Below, in pieces: positions 8,547 to 17,652 of a DNA stretch of 64,000 nucleotides; positions within the stretch are counted from its first letter, which is position 1; each line of letters begins with the position of its first letter. A program made the translations under genes and the position numbers. The notes under the pieces are model-generated. The model saw only the letters and a list, made by a program, of their open reading frames with translations. It had not been told where the DNA came from and did no database searches. Location: positions 35-64,034 of the forward strand of contig CAAFZT010000054.1 in NCBI GenBank assembly GCA_900767605.1, read 5' to 3'. The DNA is from Bacilli bacterium (GTDB lineage: Bacteria > Bacillota_I > Bacilli_A > RFN20 > CAG-826).

Positions 8547-8602
8547 CGGGCGACCGCCCGTGTAAGCGCTTACATTGTATAGAAGGAAAATAGAGAGTGC
8601 AA
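8547..8602 (-). promoter_or_regulatory. sigmaA-type promoter plus two adjacent perfect palindromes (candidate TetR operator)
   Basis: Minus-strand -35 TTGCAC (8597-8602), 17-nt spacer, -10 TACAAT (8574-8579). 14-bp palindrome TGTAAGCGCTTACA (8561-8574) abuts the -10. A second palindrome CGGGCGACCGCCCG lies at 8547-8560. The TetR ATG is at 8530. Confidence 0.5.
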
Positions 8603-8784
8603 CATAAATTACGTCAGTAAGAGGGCTGCTCCGAACTGCAAGTATTCGACTTAATCAAATTTCGATTCACTTAGTCTGAGGTGGGAGCTAAATTTTTGGC
8701 GATGCAAAAGGCCGGATTCTATTTGCAGCGTTTTCGTCTCCAAAATTTAAAAATTTTGCGTGATTTACTATTCAGCCTCTCTCC

Positions 8785-9177
8785 TTATCCGTAAATTGCA
8801 AAATGTATCGTCATATCTGCCATGAGTTTACATGGTTTTAAAAAATTAGATGAAAAACCGCTCGTTTCGTCAAAGGAGGTGGTGAAAAAAGTGTAAGACC
8901 AGTAACCGTCCCCTACCAATTCCGGAACCACGTAATTCAACGAATCATAATCGAAATTAATAATATCATCGCTAGTTAGATCATAGCCGTGAGAATATTC
9001 AATATTAGTCCTGGCTAATTCATCGTTTTTAAAACGATAGCCGTCACAATTATCGTCTTTATCAAATACAAAGCTAATAAACGTATGCTGGATAAATGTC
9101 AAAGTGACGTTTTTTTCAATTTTAGCGCAAGAAAAAAGTGGAATTACTAGCAATAAACACAATAAAGCATTCTTCAT
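8785..9177 (-). CDS. small lipoprotein, unknown function
   Basis: ORF track 8785..9345. An internal ATG at 9177 gives MKNALLCLLLVIPLFSCAK with a lipobox-like LFSC. GAAGGGGA RBS upstream. Confidence 0.65.
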   Translation of the reverse strand: MKNALLCLLLVIPLFSCAKIEKNVTLTFIQHTFISFVFDKDDNCDGYRFKNDELARTNIEYSHGYDLTSDDIINFDYDSLNYVVPELVGDGYWSYTFFTTSFDETSGFSSNFLKPCKLMADMTIHFAIYG

Positions 9178-9382
9178 ATAAGTCCCCTTCAGATAAACTT
9201 TAACGTATTTCCTCCGCGGAAAATACAACCAGTTTCTTGAGTTCCACAATTGAGTTGCCGAAAAACACGGAAGAGTGATTTTGAAATTATCAAAAGGACA
9301 TCCAATGCCGACCCTTTCGCGCCTAAACCCCAAATTCGTTCTCAACGTCTTTTCTTAACGCCGAAAAATGTTCTCCCGCCAA

Positions 9383-9412
9383 CAAAAAAAACGACCTAGA
9401 CGAATCTAGATC
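9383..9412 (-). terminator. intrinsic terminator after the tRNA pair
   Basis: Minus strand GATCTAG-attcgt-CTAGGTC (7 bp, one G-U) followed by eight T (plus-strand A-run 9383-9391). Confidence 0.65.
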
Positions 9413-9425
9413 GCTTTTGTCTAAA

Positions 9426-9502
9426 TGGCGCGCCCGAGGCGATTCGAACGCCTGACCCCAACCTTCGGAGGGTTGTACTCTATCCAGCTGAGCTACGAGC
9501 GC
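9426..9502 (-). tRNA. tRNA-Arg (anticodon CCG), CCA encoded
   Basis: Manual cloverleaf: acceptor GCGCTCG/CGGGCGC, anticodon stem CAACC/GGTTG with loop CTCCGAA, T-arm AGGCG-TTCGAAT-CGCCT, 3' GCCA. Confidence 0.92.
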
Positions 9503-9507
9503 GTAAA

Positions 9508-9592
9508 TGGTGCACTGGATGGGAGTCGAACCCACACCGGTTGCCCGACTAGCTCCTGAGACTAGCGCGTATACCAATTCCGCCACCAGTGC
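9508..9592 (-). tRNA. tRNA-Leu (anticodon CAG), class II with long variable arm, CCA encoded
   Basis: Acceptor GCACTGG/CCAGTGC, anticodon stem CTAGT/GCTAG with loop CTCAGGA, long variable arm, T-arm GTGGG-TTCGACT-CCCAT, 3' ACCA. Confidence 0.9.
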
Positions 9593-9639
9593 ACGTGGAG
9601 ATACTATATACTTCTCCGAAGCAAAAATCGAATGTTCCT

Positions 9640-12024
9640 TTATTTCTTTTTTGCTTTTTGATCCGCGTAGAAATCCTTGGTTTTCGTAGGGATTAGTCCA
9701 TGGATAAATCCACGGATATAATGCCCGTTTGCATAATCAATAAGACGCCGCACATCTCGTTCGCTTTGGTCTTTGGCAATTTGACGAATCGGGGCATCAT
9801 CAAAACCCGATTTGATTTGAATCGGCGTCCAATCCGCATGTTCCTTGACGAACTGCTTCCGCCTCTTCTTGCCCACCGCGGTCCAAGAGATATCCCCCAT
9901 CGTGGAATCGCGGTCAAAGGGACGTTCCCGACGGTCCTTATCCAAGGTTAAAGGACGTCCTAGTAACGTCTCGAATTCATCATCGTATTGAGTGAAACCC
10001 CCATGGGGAACCGCGTAATAGATGGGGCACTTCTCACGGAGATTGGGCAATGTACGGGTTCCATCCACGATCAAATCCAAGGTTGAAACGATATTCTCGG
10101 AGCTGGTGCCTAGAGCCAAGATATAGGTTCCGCCTTCCACTTGGAACGCGTGAGTTTCCGTATCGTAAATAGCAAAATCACTTTGGTTCAAATCAAAGGA
10201 AGCCACCTGGGTCTCCCCTTCTTTTAGGGCGACTTTCTTAAAAGCGACCAAGACACGCTTTGCTTTAAAGGCGTTCCCTTTGGGGGATTCCGCGTATAGT
10301 TCCAAAACGGTTTTCCCTGGGCGTGAACTTTTATTGGTGACGTTAGCATATACGCGAATCGTTTTTCCTGTTTCCAGGCGAGAAGATTCGCAACGAAGCG
10401 AATAGGAGAAACGATTGTAGGATAAACCATGTCCAAACGGATAAGCGACTTTAACTCCGGAAGTCAGGTAATAACGATATCCCACGTAAATGGATTCCTT
10501 GTAAATCGATTGTCCCTGGAAGCCGGGGTAGAAGCCAAAGGAAGGAACATCGCTTTCATGTATCGGCCAAGTCTCCGCCAATTTGCCACAGGGGGAGCAT
10601 TCTCCCGAAAGGATATCGCGAAGAGCTTCTCCGCTTCCTTCTCCTGCCAAGTAGGTCAATAAAATCGCTTTGGCGCGGTCGCGGAAAGGCAAAACAACGG
10701 GAGCACCGCAAGAAAGAATCACGACGATGTTGGGATTTACAGAATAAAGGGCATCGAACAAAGCGAGCTGGTTCTCTGGAAGATTCATCGTCTCGCGGTC
10801 ATAGCCTTCCGATTCGTCTTCTTCCGGGAGTCCCATGAAATAGAGGACGGTTTTGCTGCGAGATGCCAAATCCACCGCGTTAAAAAGCAAAGCTTTGGAA
10901 TCCGAATTCGGCTTAAAGGAATAGCCCCTAGCAAAAGGAAGTTCTCGGTTGATGGCATCCAAGAAAGAAATAGAATGTTCCGTGTAGACTTTGCTTGATC
11001 CCCCTCCGTTATAACGCGGGGTTTCAGCAAAGGCGCCGATGACGCAGGCGCCCATCAACGTCTTGGATAAAGGGAGAATATTGTTCTCGTTTTTTAGCAA
11101 TACGATGGATTCTTCCGCTGCTTTAACCGCTAATTCATGGCACTTTTGGGCATCCCACCGCGCCACTTTATCCCCTTCTCTAATTTTGGAAATCAAATTC
11201 AAAACGCGGTCCGCGGATTCCGTCATTTTATCCAAAGACAAACGCCCGGATTTCGTCGCGCGTAATAATTCTGCCGTGCGCTCTTTCGCGTAACAGGGCA
11301 TTTCCACATCCAAGCCATGTTGGTGGGAATAAACGGGGTCATAGGTTCCGCCCCAATCGCTCATAACAACGCCCTCATACCCCCAGGAATCGCGCAGGGT
11401 ATCCACAAGAAGATATTCGTTATCGCTACAATGAACTCCGTTGACGATGTTATAGGCAGACATCATCGACCAAGGGTCCGACTCTTTGACGACGATTTCA
11501 AAGGCTTTAAGGTAGATTTCGTGCATCGCCCGCTCATCCACAATCGAATCGTTGATGAAACGATAGTTCTCTTGGCTATTGCAGGCGAAATGCTTCACGC
11601 AGGCGGCGATGGAATTGCTTTGAACACCCTGGATGAAGGCCGCGCCCAATTTGCCGGAAAGCAAAGGATCCTCGGACAAATATTCAAAATTACGGCCACA
11701 TAGAGGGTTCCGTTTAATATTAACCCCAGGGGCCAGCAAAACATCCGTTCCCTTTAAGGCACATTCTTCGGCAATGGCTCGGCCGATTTGTTTTTCAAGC
11801 TCAACGTCCCAGCTGCAAGCCAATAAGCAAGGCGCGGGATAGCAAGTGGAATCCACTTCTTTGGGGGAACACACCCGTAGCCCAAGGGGGCCATCATGCA
11901 TCTCAATCCCTTCAATCCCAAGGCGTTTGCAGCCGTGTAGCTTCCATCCCCCATTCCCGTGGAGAAGGTGGCATCTTTCCCTTAAGGTTAATGCCTGGTG
12001 TTGTTGCTTTGTTTTCTTAGCCAT
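9640..12024 (-). CDS. glycoside hydrolase family 3 beta-glucosidase-like enzyme
   Basis: 794 aa. KHFACNSQENYR, VMSDWGG nucleophile region, GGGSS in the alpha/beta sandwich domain, FnIII-like C-terminal part. No signal peptide. Confidence 0.9.
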   Translation of the reverse strand: MAKKTKQQHQALTLRERCHLLHGNGGWKLHGCKRLGIEGIEMHDGPLGLRVCSPKEVDSTCYPAPCLLACSWDVELEKQIGRAIAEECALKGTDVLLAPGVNIKRNPLCGRNFEYLSEDPLLSGKLGAAFIQGVQSNSIAACVKHFACNSQENYRFINDSIVDERAMHEIYLKAFEIVVKESDPWSMMSAYNIVNGVHCSDNEYLLVDTLRDSWGYEGVVMSDWGGTYDPVYSHQHGLDVEMPCYAKERTAELLRATKSGRLSLDKMTESADRVLNLISKIREGDKVARWDAQKCHELAVKAAEESIVLLKNENNILPLSKTLMGACVIGAFAETPRYNGGGSSKVYTEHSISFLDAINRELPFARGYSFKPNSDSKALLFNAVDLASRSKTVLYFMGLPEEDESEGYDRETMNLPENQLALFDALYSVNPNIVVILSCGAPVVLPFRDRAKAILLTYLAGEGSGEALRDILSGECSPCGKLAETWPIHESDVPSFGFYPGFQGQSIYKESIYVGYRYYLTSGVKVAYPFGHGLSYNRFSYSLRCESSRLETGKTIRVYANVTNKSSRPGKTVLELYAESPKGNAFKAKRVLVAFKKVALKEGETQVASFDLNQSDFAIYDTETHAFQVEGGTYILALGTSSENIVSTLDLIVDGTRTLPNLREKCPIYYAVPHGGFTQYDDEFETLLGRPLTLDKDRRERPFDRDSTMGDISWTAVGKKRRKQFVKEHADWTPIQIKSGFDDAPIRQIAKDQSERDVRRLIDYANGHYIRGFIHGLIPTKTKDFYADQKAKKK

Positions 12025-12137
12025 GTTGCAAGGATTATATCCCGTCCATCATAAAAATCGAAGAGAACGGATGTTAGGAATGGAAAGAGGCAAAAATGCG
12101 TCCTTCGTCTTTCGCAACTTTGGATTGAACCATGACT

Positions 12138-13439
12138 TTATTTTAGAGGGCGGAGGAAAAACGCAAAGGGATTCACAAGGGATTCTGGCATTTCTTCCAC
12201 CACTCCTTGCTTGATGAGTTTTTTGAAGATGCGGCGCGATTTGATGATGTCCTTCTTTCGCCTTTCTAGACTCGGCCAATCCGTGCCGTGCTTATGGTCT
12301 TCCACGGCAGTGAAAAGCATCTTTTCGAATTGATCGATCATCAAAGGCAACGCGTAATTCTTCGCGTTATCAATGTATTTTTGACGCAAATCCATGCGAA
12401 TCAACGGATTATCGAGAAAATAATCGATTCGTTTGGTTAAGGAACGGACGCTGCCATGATGGAACAAGCACCGATTGTCCAACGAGAACGTGTTCGTCGC
12501 CGACATATGCGCATCCGCGATAAGGGGGACGGCCCCACAGGCGAAGGCTTCGATGCAAGAAATCCCTTCGATTTCAAAATCGCTGCAATGGACGTACAAA
12601 TCGCTCCAATTCAAAATTTCGCGGAGGTGGTCCTGCTTGCAGAATTGGATGATTAAAGGATGGGCCAATCCTACTTTTTTGGCTAGGCGGAGATAACGCT
12701 TCTTCTCCGGGCCCTGGCCACAGAGGATTAACTGGATTTTGTCGTTATATTTGCTTTTGGCCACCGCTTTAATCAGCAGATCCTGTCTTTTTTCATGGGC
12801 AAGCCTACCGACGGCCGTGACAACATACAAGCCTTCTAACTCTTTGGGCTTTTGGGTTTCGATTGGATGGAAGAAATCCGTATTGACCCCGTTAGAAATC
12901 ACCACGGGGACGCTTCTTCGATAATGGTGCAGACGAATCTCTCTCGCCGTCATCGCGCTTGGGCAATGGACGTATTTGGTGTAATCGTATTGGTAACGAC
13001 GGAAGGAATTGAAGAGAATGGTATTGATGCCATGCGTCCATCCCAAATGAATTGCCGAGGTGATATTTTGGGGCAAAAGGTGGAAGGCGCTGGTGACGGG
13101 AACCCCCAAAGATTCCGCAATCAGCCGAGCGTGGCTTTCGAGTTTGAAGGGCAAGAACAAATGAACGAGGTCGGCGTCTTTGATCGCGTAATATAAACTC
13201 ACGTCGTCGACGTAACAAAAAGTAAAGCCCTCTTTATCAATCAACCATTGGAAAAAAGGAAAATGGAAGGGTTCCTGCGGATAATAATCATCAGGAGCAT
13301 CGTCTGGATTGTTATAAGTCGTCCCAACAAGACGAACTTCGTGCCCTTTGGCCTTCAATCCTTTGGCAAAACGAAGGCAGGTGGCCGTCGTGCCATTGTT
13401 GAGGATATTCGCGCATTCGAGCACAAAAACAATCTTCAT
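12138..13439 (-). CDS. glycosyltransferase family 4 (diacylglycerol glycosyltransferase-like)
   Basis: 433 aa. GT-B fold signatures (MKIVFVLECANILNNGTT, GRLAHEKRQDLLIKA, EGISCIEAFACGAVP EX7E-type region). Confidence 0.85.
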   Translation of the reverse strand: MKIVFVLECANILNNGTTATCLRFAKGLKAKGHEVRLVGTTYNNPDDAPDDYYPQEPFHFPFFQWLIDKEGFTFCYVDDVSLYYAIKDADLVHLFLPFKLESHARLIAESLGVPVTSAFHLLPQNITSAIHLGWTHGINTILFNSFRRYQYDYTKYVHCPSAMTAREIRLHHYRRSVPVVISNGVNTDFFHPIETQKPKELEGLYVVTAVGRLAHEKRQDLLIKAVAKSKYNDKIQLILCGQGPEKKRYLRLAKKVGLAHPLIIQFCKQDHLREILNWSDLYVHCSDFEIEGISCIEAFACGAVPLIADAHMSATNTFSLDNRCLFHHGSVRSLTKRIDYFLDNPLIRMDLRQKYIDNAKNYALPLMIDQFEKMLFTAVEDHKHGTDWPSLERRKKDIIKSRRIFKKLIKQGVVEEMPESLVNPFAFFLRPLK

Positions 13440-13465
13440 AAGTGGCCGTATTTTAGCATATCTCC

Positions 13466-13496
13466 TACAAAAATAAACGGAGGCCTACGCCCCCGT
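13466..13496 (-). terminator. intrinsic terminator after the XRE-family gene
   Basis: Minus strand ACGGGGGC-gtag-GCCTCCGT hairpin (13477-13496), then TTATTTTTGT. Confidence 0.6.
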
Positions 13497-13516
13497 CATG
13501 CTCTGCATTTTGTCGA

Positions 13517-14212
13517 TTATTTCGTAGAATCCGCTGTTTTAGAGGCTTCTTCTTTCGCCGCCATCGCCTTTTCTATCGGCCCAGCAATTCCATAATAAGC
13601 AGGAATGAATAGGAAGATGACCCATAAGGGATGAAACCAATTCATTCCTTGGTCTAGGAGAATAAAGCAGATGAGACAATAAAGGGCAACGCAAAGAAAA
13701 ACAACGTTGAGCGAGGTGGCTTTCTTTTTCAAAATCGCATCGGAAATGGAGGCTAGGAATTCTCCAAAAAGCAAGAAGGTCCAACCGCACTTCCAGCCTA
13801 AATACCCCTGATTCCCCTGCCATAAAAATCCAACGAGAAGAAAGGAGAGGATCCCGAGGAAAGCAAACACGCCGTGGACGATAGCTTTGACGATTTTTTG
13901 ATTGGGGGTGAGACAAGCATCGTCGTCTTTTTCGGACTCTACGGCTTTCGGTTCTTCTTTCTTTTCTTCTTGTTGGTCTTTCACGCCTTGAACGATTTCA
14001 TCTACGGGCGTATCCGTAGAAAGAAGATCATCTAAGGAAGCATGATAGATTTGAGCAAGGACAATTAAGTTATCCGTGTCCGGGCTTGCTTCCGCGCGTT
14101 CCCATTTAGAAACGGCTTGGCGGGATAGCCCCAGTTTGGAAGCAAGTTCTTCTTGGGATAGCCCCGATTTTTTACGGAGCTCGACGAGGCGATTGGCAAT
14201 TTCAATATTCAT
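13517..14212 (-). CDS. XRE-family HTH protein with a C-terminal multi-pass membrane domain
   Basis: 231 aa. N-terminal HTH_3 (LRKKSGLSQEELASKLGLSRQAVSKWERAEASP), acidic linker, then about 4 predicted TM segments. Confidence 0.85.
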   Translation of the reverse strand: MNIEIANRLVELRKKSGLSQEELASKLGLSRQAVSKWERAEASPDTDNLIVLAQIYHASLDDLLSTDTPVDEIVQGVKDQQEEKKEEPKAVESEKDDDACLTPNQKIVKAIVHGVFAFLGILSFLLVGFLWQGNQGYLGWKCGWTFLLFGEFLASISDAILKKKATSLNVVFLCVALYCLICFILLDQGMNWFHPLWVIFLFIPAYYGIAGPIEKAMAAKEEASKTADSTK

Positions 14213-14295
14213 AATCTCTTCCTCCTTGGAAGGTGCCTCCAGCGTACGGTTTCTTCCAGTTTACGGTCTAGGTATTCTGCTAGTCAAATCCGCAA

Positions 14296-14820
14296 CTAAC
14301 GGTTGCAAAGGCTCTTTTTATGGCGATTTACGTATTTGGTGAAGCGAATTGCAAGGTCTCCGTCTTGAATCGGTTCCCCTTCTTCGACGCATTTCCAATT
14401 GGGGTTTTCATCGAGGTTTTCAAAAAAGACTTCCGCTCCTCCATCCGCGTCAACCTTGGTTAAAAGGACTTCATCGGAATAGGGCAGCAATTGACGGTAA
14501 ATGGAAGCCCCGCCGATGACATAGACATCTTGTTCTTCTAATGCTTTGCCAATGCTAGAAAGGAATTCCTCCATCGAATGGACGTTCGTGACTCCTTCGT
14601 ATTCGTGGGTGGGGTCTTGGGACAAAACGATGCTAGGACGCCCCTTCAATGGTTTTTGATTGGGGAAGGAAAGCAATGTGTTCTCCCCCATGGCACAGAC
14701 GTGACCCATCGTCGTTTTGCGAAAGAAAGCCATATCCAAAGGAAGGTGGAACAATAGCCCGTTCCTCTTCCCAATGCCGAACTTCTTGTCGGCGTTTAAT
14801 ATTTCGATCAACTTTCCCAT
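14296..14820 (-). CDS. folA: dihydrofolate reductase
   Basis: ORF track 14296..14901. The ATG at 14820 (1 nt after the thyA stop) gives MGKLIEILNADKKFGIGKRNGLLFHLPLDMAFFRKTT. Also contains VIGGASIYRQLLPY. Confidence 0.88.
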   Translation of the reverse strand: MGKLIEILNADKKFGIGKRNGLLFHLPLDMAFFRKTTMGHVCAMGENTLLSFPNQKPLKGRPSIVLSQDPTHEYEGVTNVHSMEEFLSSIGKALEEQDVYVIGGASIYRQLLPYSDEVLLTKVDADGGAEVFFENLDENPNWKCVEEGEPIQDGDLAIRFTKYVNRHKKSLCNR

Positions 14821-14821
14821 T

Positions 14822-15652
14822 TTAGATGGCCACCGGGATTTTCTTATCCAAGGTTTCGAATTCGTAATCCACGAGTTCGAAATCTTCAACTTTGAAATCA
14901 TAGAAATTTTTGATGTTGGGGTTGATGATGAGTTTTGGCGCGGGGTGCTCGGGTTTAGCGATGACTTCCTTCACGATATCGACGTGACGGTCATAAATAT
15001 GGGCGTCGGAAATCACGTGGAGCAAGATGCCGGGTTTTAGACCGCTGACTTGGGCAAACATCATCAAAAGAAGGGAATATTGAAGGACGTTCCAGTTATT
15101 CGCGGTCAACATATCGTTAGAACGTTGGTTCAAGATGCCGTTAAGCTTATCTCCGGAAACGTTGAAGGTCATCGAATAGGCGCAAGGATAAAGATGCATC
15201 TCGTGTAGGTCTTCAAAATTATAGATGTTCGTCATGATGCGACGGCTGTGTGGATTGTTCTTCAAATCAAAAAGGACGCGATCCACTTGGTCGAATTCGC
15301 CTTCGGGATAAATCGATTTTTTGGCAAGCTGGTATCCATAGGCCTTGCCAATCGATCCGGTTTCATCCGCCCAAGAATCCCAAATGTGGCTATGGAGGTC
15401 ATGGACGTTATTCGATTTCTTTTGCCAAATCCAAAGCAATTCATCCAAGCAGCTTTTGAATGCGGTGCGGCGAATCGTAAGAATTGGCAGTTCTTCTTGC
15501 AAATCATAACGGTTTACAATGCCGAATTTCTTGATGGTATGAGCAGGGGCCCCATCCGCCCAATGGGGACGGACGGGATAATCGGTATCCCAAACTCCGT
15601 TCTCCAAAATATCCTTCATATTATCAATAAAAATACGGTCTGCACGTGACAT
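14822..15652 (-). CDS. thyA: thymidylate synthase (ThyA type)
   Basis: 276 aa. Conserved ThyA blocks (LDELLWIWQKKSN, LYPCAYSMTFNV, NQRSNDMLTANNWNVLQYSLL, DAHIYDRH). Confidence 0.95.
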   Translation of the reverse strand: MSRADRIFIDNMKDILENGVWDTDYPVRPHWADGAPAHTIKKFGIVNRYDLQEELPILTIRRTAFKSCLDELLWIWQKKSNNVHDLHSHIWDSWADETGSIGKAYGYQLAKKSIYPEGEFDQVDRVLFDLKNNPHSRRIMTNIYNFEDLHEMHLYPCAYSMTFNVSGDKLNGILNQRSNDMLTANNWNVLQYSLLLMMFAQVSGLKPGILLHVISDAHIYDRHVDIVKEVIAKPEHPAPKLIINPNIKNFYDFKVEDFELVDYEFETLDKKIPVAI

Positions 15653-15783
15653 GGAAATCTCCCTTCGTCCTTGAAGAGAAGTATAAAGAAAAAGGTGGGG
15701 CTTATAAACATTTATCCATTTTTTCTCTTATTCCAAAATGTAAATTTGCTGCAAACGATTCATTTTTCCTTTTTGCCGCTTAC

Positions 15784-16791
15784 CTATTTGGTTAGTAATC
15801 CGTGCTTAGCACGAATTTGGTCGAGGGATTTTTGAATTCTTTCGTCCGAATTGTCTCCGATACTAAGCAGCAAGGAAACATCATCGACGTAGGATTGTTT
15901 GGAAAAAACATGGGGGTCATAGGACCACACTTCTACTATTTCACCGCCAAAATCTTCGAAATCGCGTGGGCTGCAAAGACAATGAGAAGGAATCCTATTT
16001 GCTTCGGCTTTGGAAATAACAATGGCTCCGTCTCTAGAATTCGAAGCCAGTTCGGTCTCATCCGATAAAGCCCGAATTCCCCCAATGAGTTGATAGGGGA
16101 GTGATTGCTCGGGTTTTAGGAAAAGCATACGTTGAACGGGGGATTTCATTTTCGGATACCCCCTTCTTAGATACTCCTCCTTCGAAAATGCGGGAGAAAT
16201 CCATTTGTTCGCGCCTTCTTTTTTCTGGCGAATAAGCCCAAAGCCTAGAAGGTCATCGAAGGCTCGAGTGCACGTCGCCTTTGAAAGGGAAAGATCCTTG
16301 GCCACGCGGCTCAAATTAACGGGGCGCGAATCATCGTGATAATAAAGATACAAAAATACGGCTTGCGTACCAGGAACCATCTTTTTTGCAGATGAAAGAG
16401 AGGGGGCCTTGGTTCTTTCCTGAAACAAGCATCCCCAAAACGGGAAATAAACCTGTTGAGACGAGGAAATAAAAGGGACGTGACTTTCTACGAGATTTCT
16501 TCTTTGCAAAGCCGTGAGTCCATCCACGCATAAAGCACAGGGGCACGCACAGCTTTTTTGGAAAAAGCCATACTGTTTTTTTATTTCGGGCAAATGCCAA
16601 GCAAATAAAGGACGAAACAAAACACAAGAATTGCCGTTCCATTCCAATTGGCAAAACGCATAATTCGTCTGCAAAAAGCGGGGCAATGAAGCTACGTTTC
16701 GATATTCATTTATCACGATTGTTTCACCAAAAATAGACTTTAGATAGCCAATCGTTTCATTAAATGTGTCGTTAACATCGAATTGTTTCAT
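15784..16791 (-). CDS. hypothetical wHTH (MarR-like) DNA-binding protein with an N-terminal CxCxCxxC motif
   Basis: ORF track 15784..16845 (TTG start). ATG at 16791 preferred, but neither start has a clear SD. Central wHTH LSRVAKDLSLSKATCTRAFDDLLGFGLIRQKKEG. N-terminal SCACPCALC. No recognisable partner gene. Confidence 0.55.
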   Translation of the reverse strand: MKQFDVNDTFNETIGYLKSIFGETIVINEYRNVASLPRFLQTNYAFCQLEWNGNSCVLFRPLFAWHLPEIKKQYGFFQKSCACPCALCVDGLTALQRRNLVESHVPFISSSQQVYFPFWGCLFQERTKAPSLSSAKKMVPGTQAVFLYLYYHDDSRPVNLSRVAKDLSLSKATCTRAFDDLLGFGLIRQKKEGANKWISPAFSKEEYLRRGYPKMKSPVQRMLFLKPEQSLPYQLIGGIRALSDETELASNSRDGAIVISKAEANRIPSHCLCSPRDFEDFGGEIVEVWSYDPHVFSKQSYVDDVSLLLSIGDNSDERIQKSLDQIRAKHGLLTK

Positions 16792-16870
16792 TGTTACTTT
16801 AATAGTACCATCACTTATGAAATAAATAAAGTTTTTATGAAACAATAAGAATTTATGCCTTTTTTGGGGA

Positions 16871-16893
16871 TAAAAAACGCCTTTGCAAAGGTG
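16871..16893 (-). terminator. intrinsic terminator after the DUF308 membrane protein gene
   Basis: Hairpin CACCTTTGCAAAGGCG on the minus strand (16878-16893), followed by six T. Confidence 0.6.
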
Positions 16894-16928
16894 GTACCTT
16901 GAACAAAAGCGTTAAAAGTTCAACGAAA

Positions 16929-17600
16929 TTATTCGTTATCGACTTCCTCCTCAATCGGAGCATCCGCTTGAATGGTTTTGGAAATCACAACCGTCGCGGT
17001 AGGGAGCACGACAAAGGTGGACAGGCCCATGAAGATGGCATAGACCAAAACAACGATGCCGAAGATGATGAGTTGCACATTTCCAGGGATAATGGTGTCT
17101 CCGCTATTGCCTTTAGCGATGCAAAGGGCGCCAAGAACAATGGAAACAACGGCCATAATCACACCGAAAATCACCGCTGGGAGAGCCATTTTCATAGCCT
17201 TTTGTCGGATGGCATTGATCACTAATAGCAAGGTATCAACGGCCAAAATGCATCCGACGACGATCATCACAAACGGAACGAATCCGATGAGGACACCCAT
17301 GAGATTGGCAGCTTCGCGATAAACGCAGAACCAAATGCCGGCGGCAAGGATGATTCCCCCAGACATGGCCGCGGTAGCAAAGGCTTCATGGCTAACCACG
17401 GCAGCAAAGATGCCCGCGACGATACCAATTGAACCAATCACAATGAGCGTCCAGCCCAAAACGAGGGAGATGGCATTGAGCGCATCACTTGGGTTCGACC
17501 CCTTTCCCATTTGGGCTCCGGCGACAATCACCAAAATACCGACAACCAACATAATGGCGGCTTGGATCCATTTATTCAAAGATTTGCGAACGAGTTTCAT
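16929..17600 (-). CDS. HdeD/DUF308-family integral membrane protein
   Basis: 223 aa, about 6 TM segments with repeated small-residue-rich helices (VVGILVIVAG, IVIGSIGIVAGIFAA) typical of DUF308. Confidence 0.65.
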   Translation of the reverse strand: MKLVRKSLNKWIQAAIMLVVGILVIVAGAQMGKGSNPSDALNAISLVLGWTLIVIGSIGIVAGIFAAVVSHEAFATAAMSGGIILAAGIWFCVYREAANLMGVLIGFVPFVMIVVGCILAVDTLLLVINAIRQKAMKMALPAVIFGVIMAVVSIVLGALCIAKGNSGDTIIPGNVQLIIFGIVVLVYAIFMGLSTFVVLPTATVVISKTIQADAPIEEEVDNE

Positions 17601-17652
17601 AAATCATTCCTCCTTTAACGATGATTGTATCACGGAATAAAAGGAAGGGGGA

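Noticed and set aside
9323-9689. ORFs 9323-9586 (-) and 9507-9689 (+)
   Set aside because: They overlap the two tRNA genes, whose cloverleaves are clear.
15636-15652. CACGTG core at the thyA 5' end, and half-sites such as GTTTCAC/GTGAAAC elsewhere, as parS
   Set aside because: The flanks do not match TGTTNCACGTGAAACA. Only isolated half-sites were seen.
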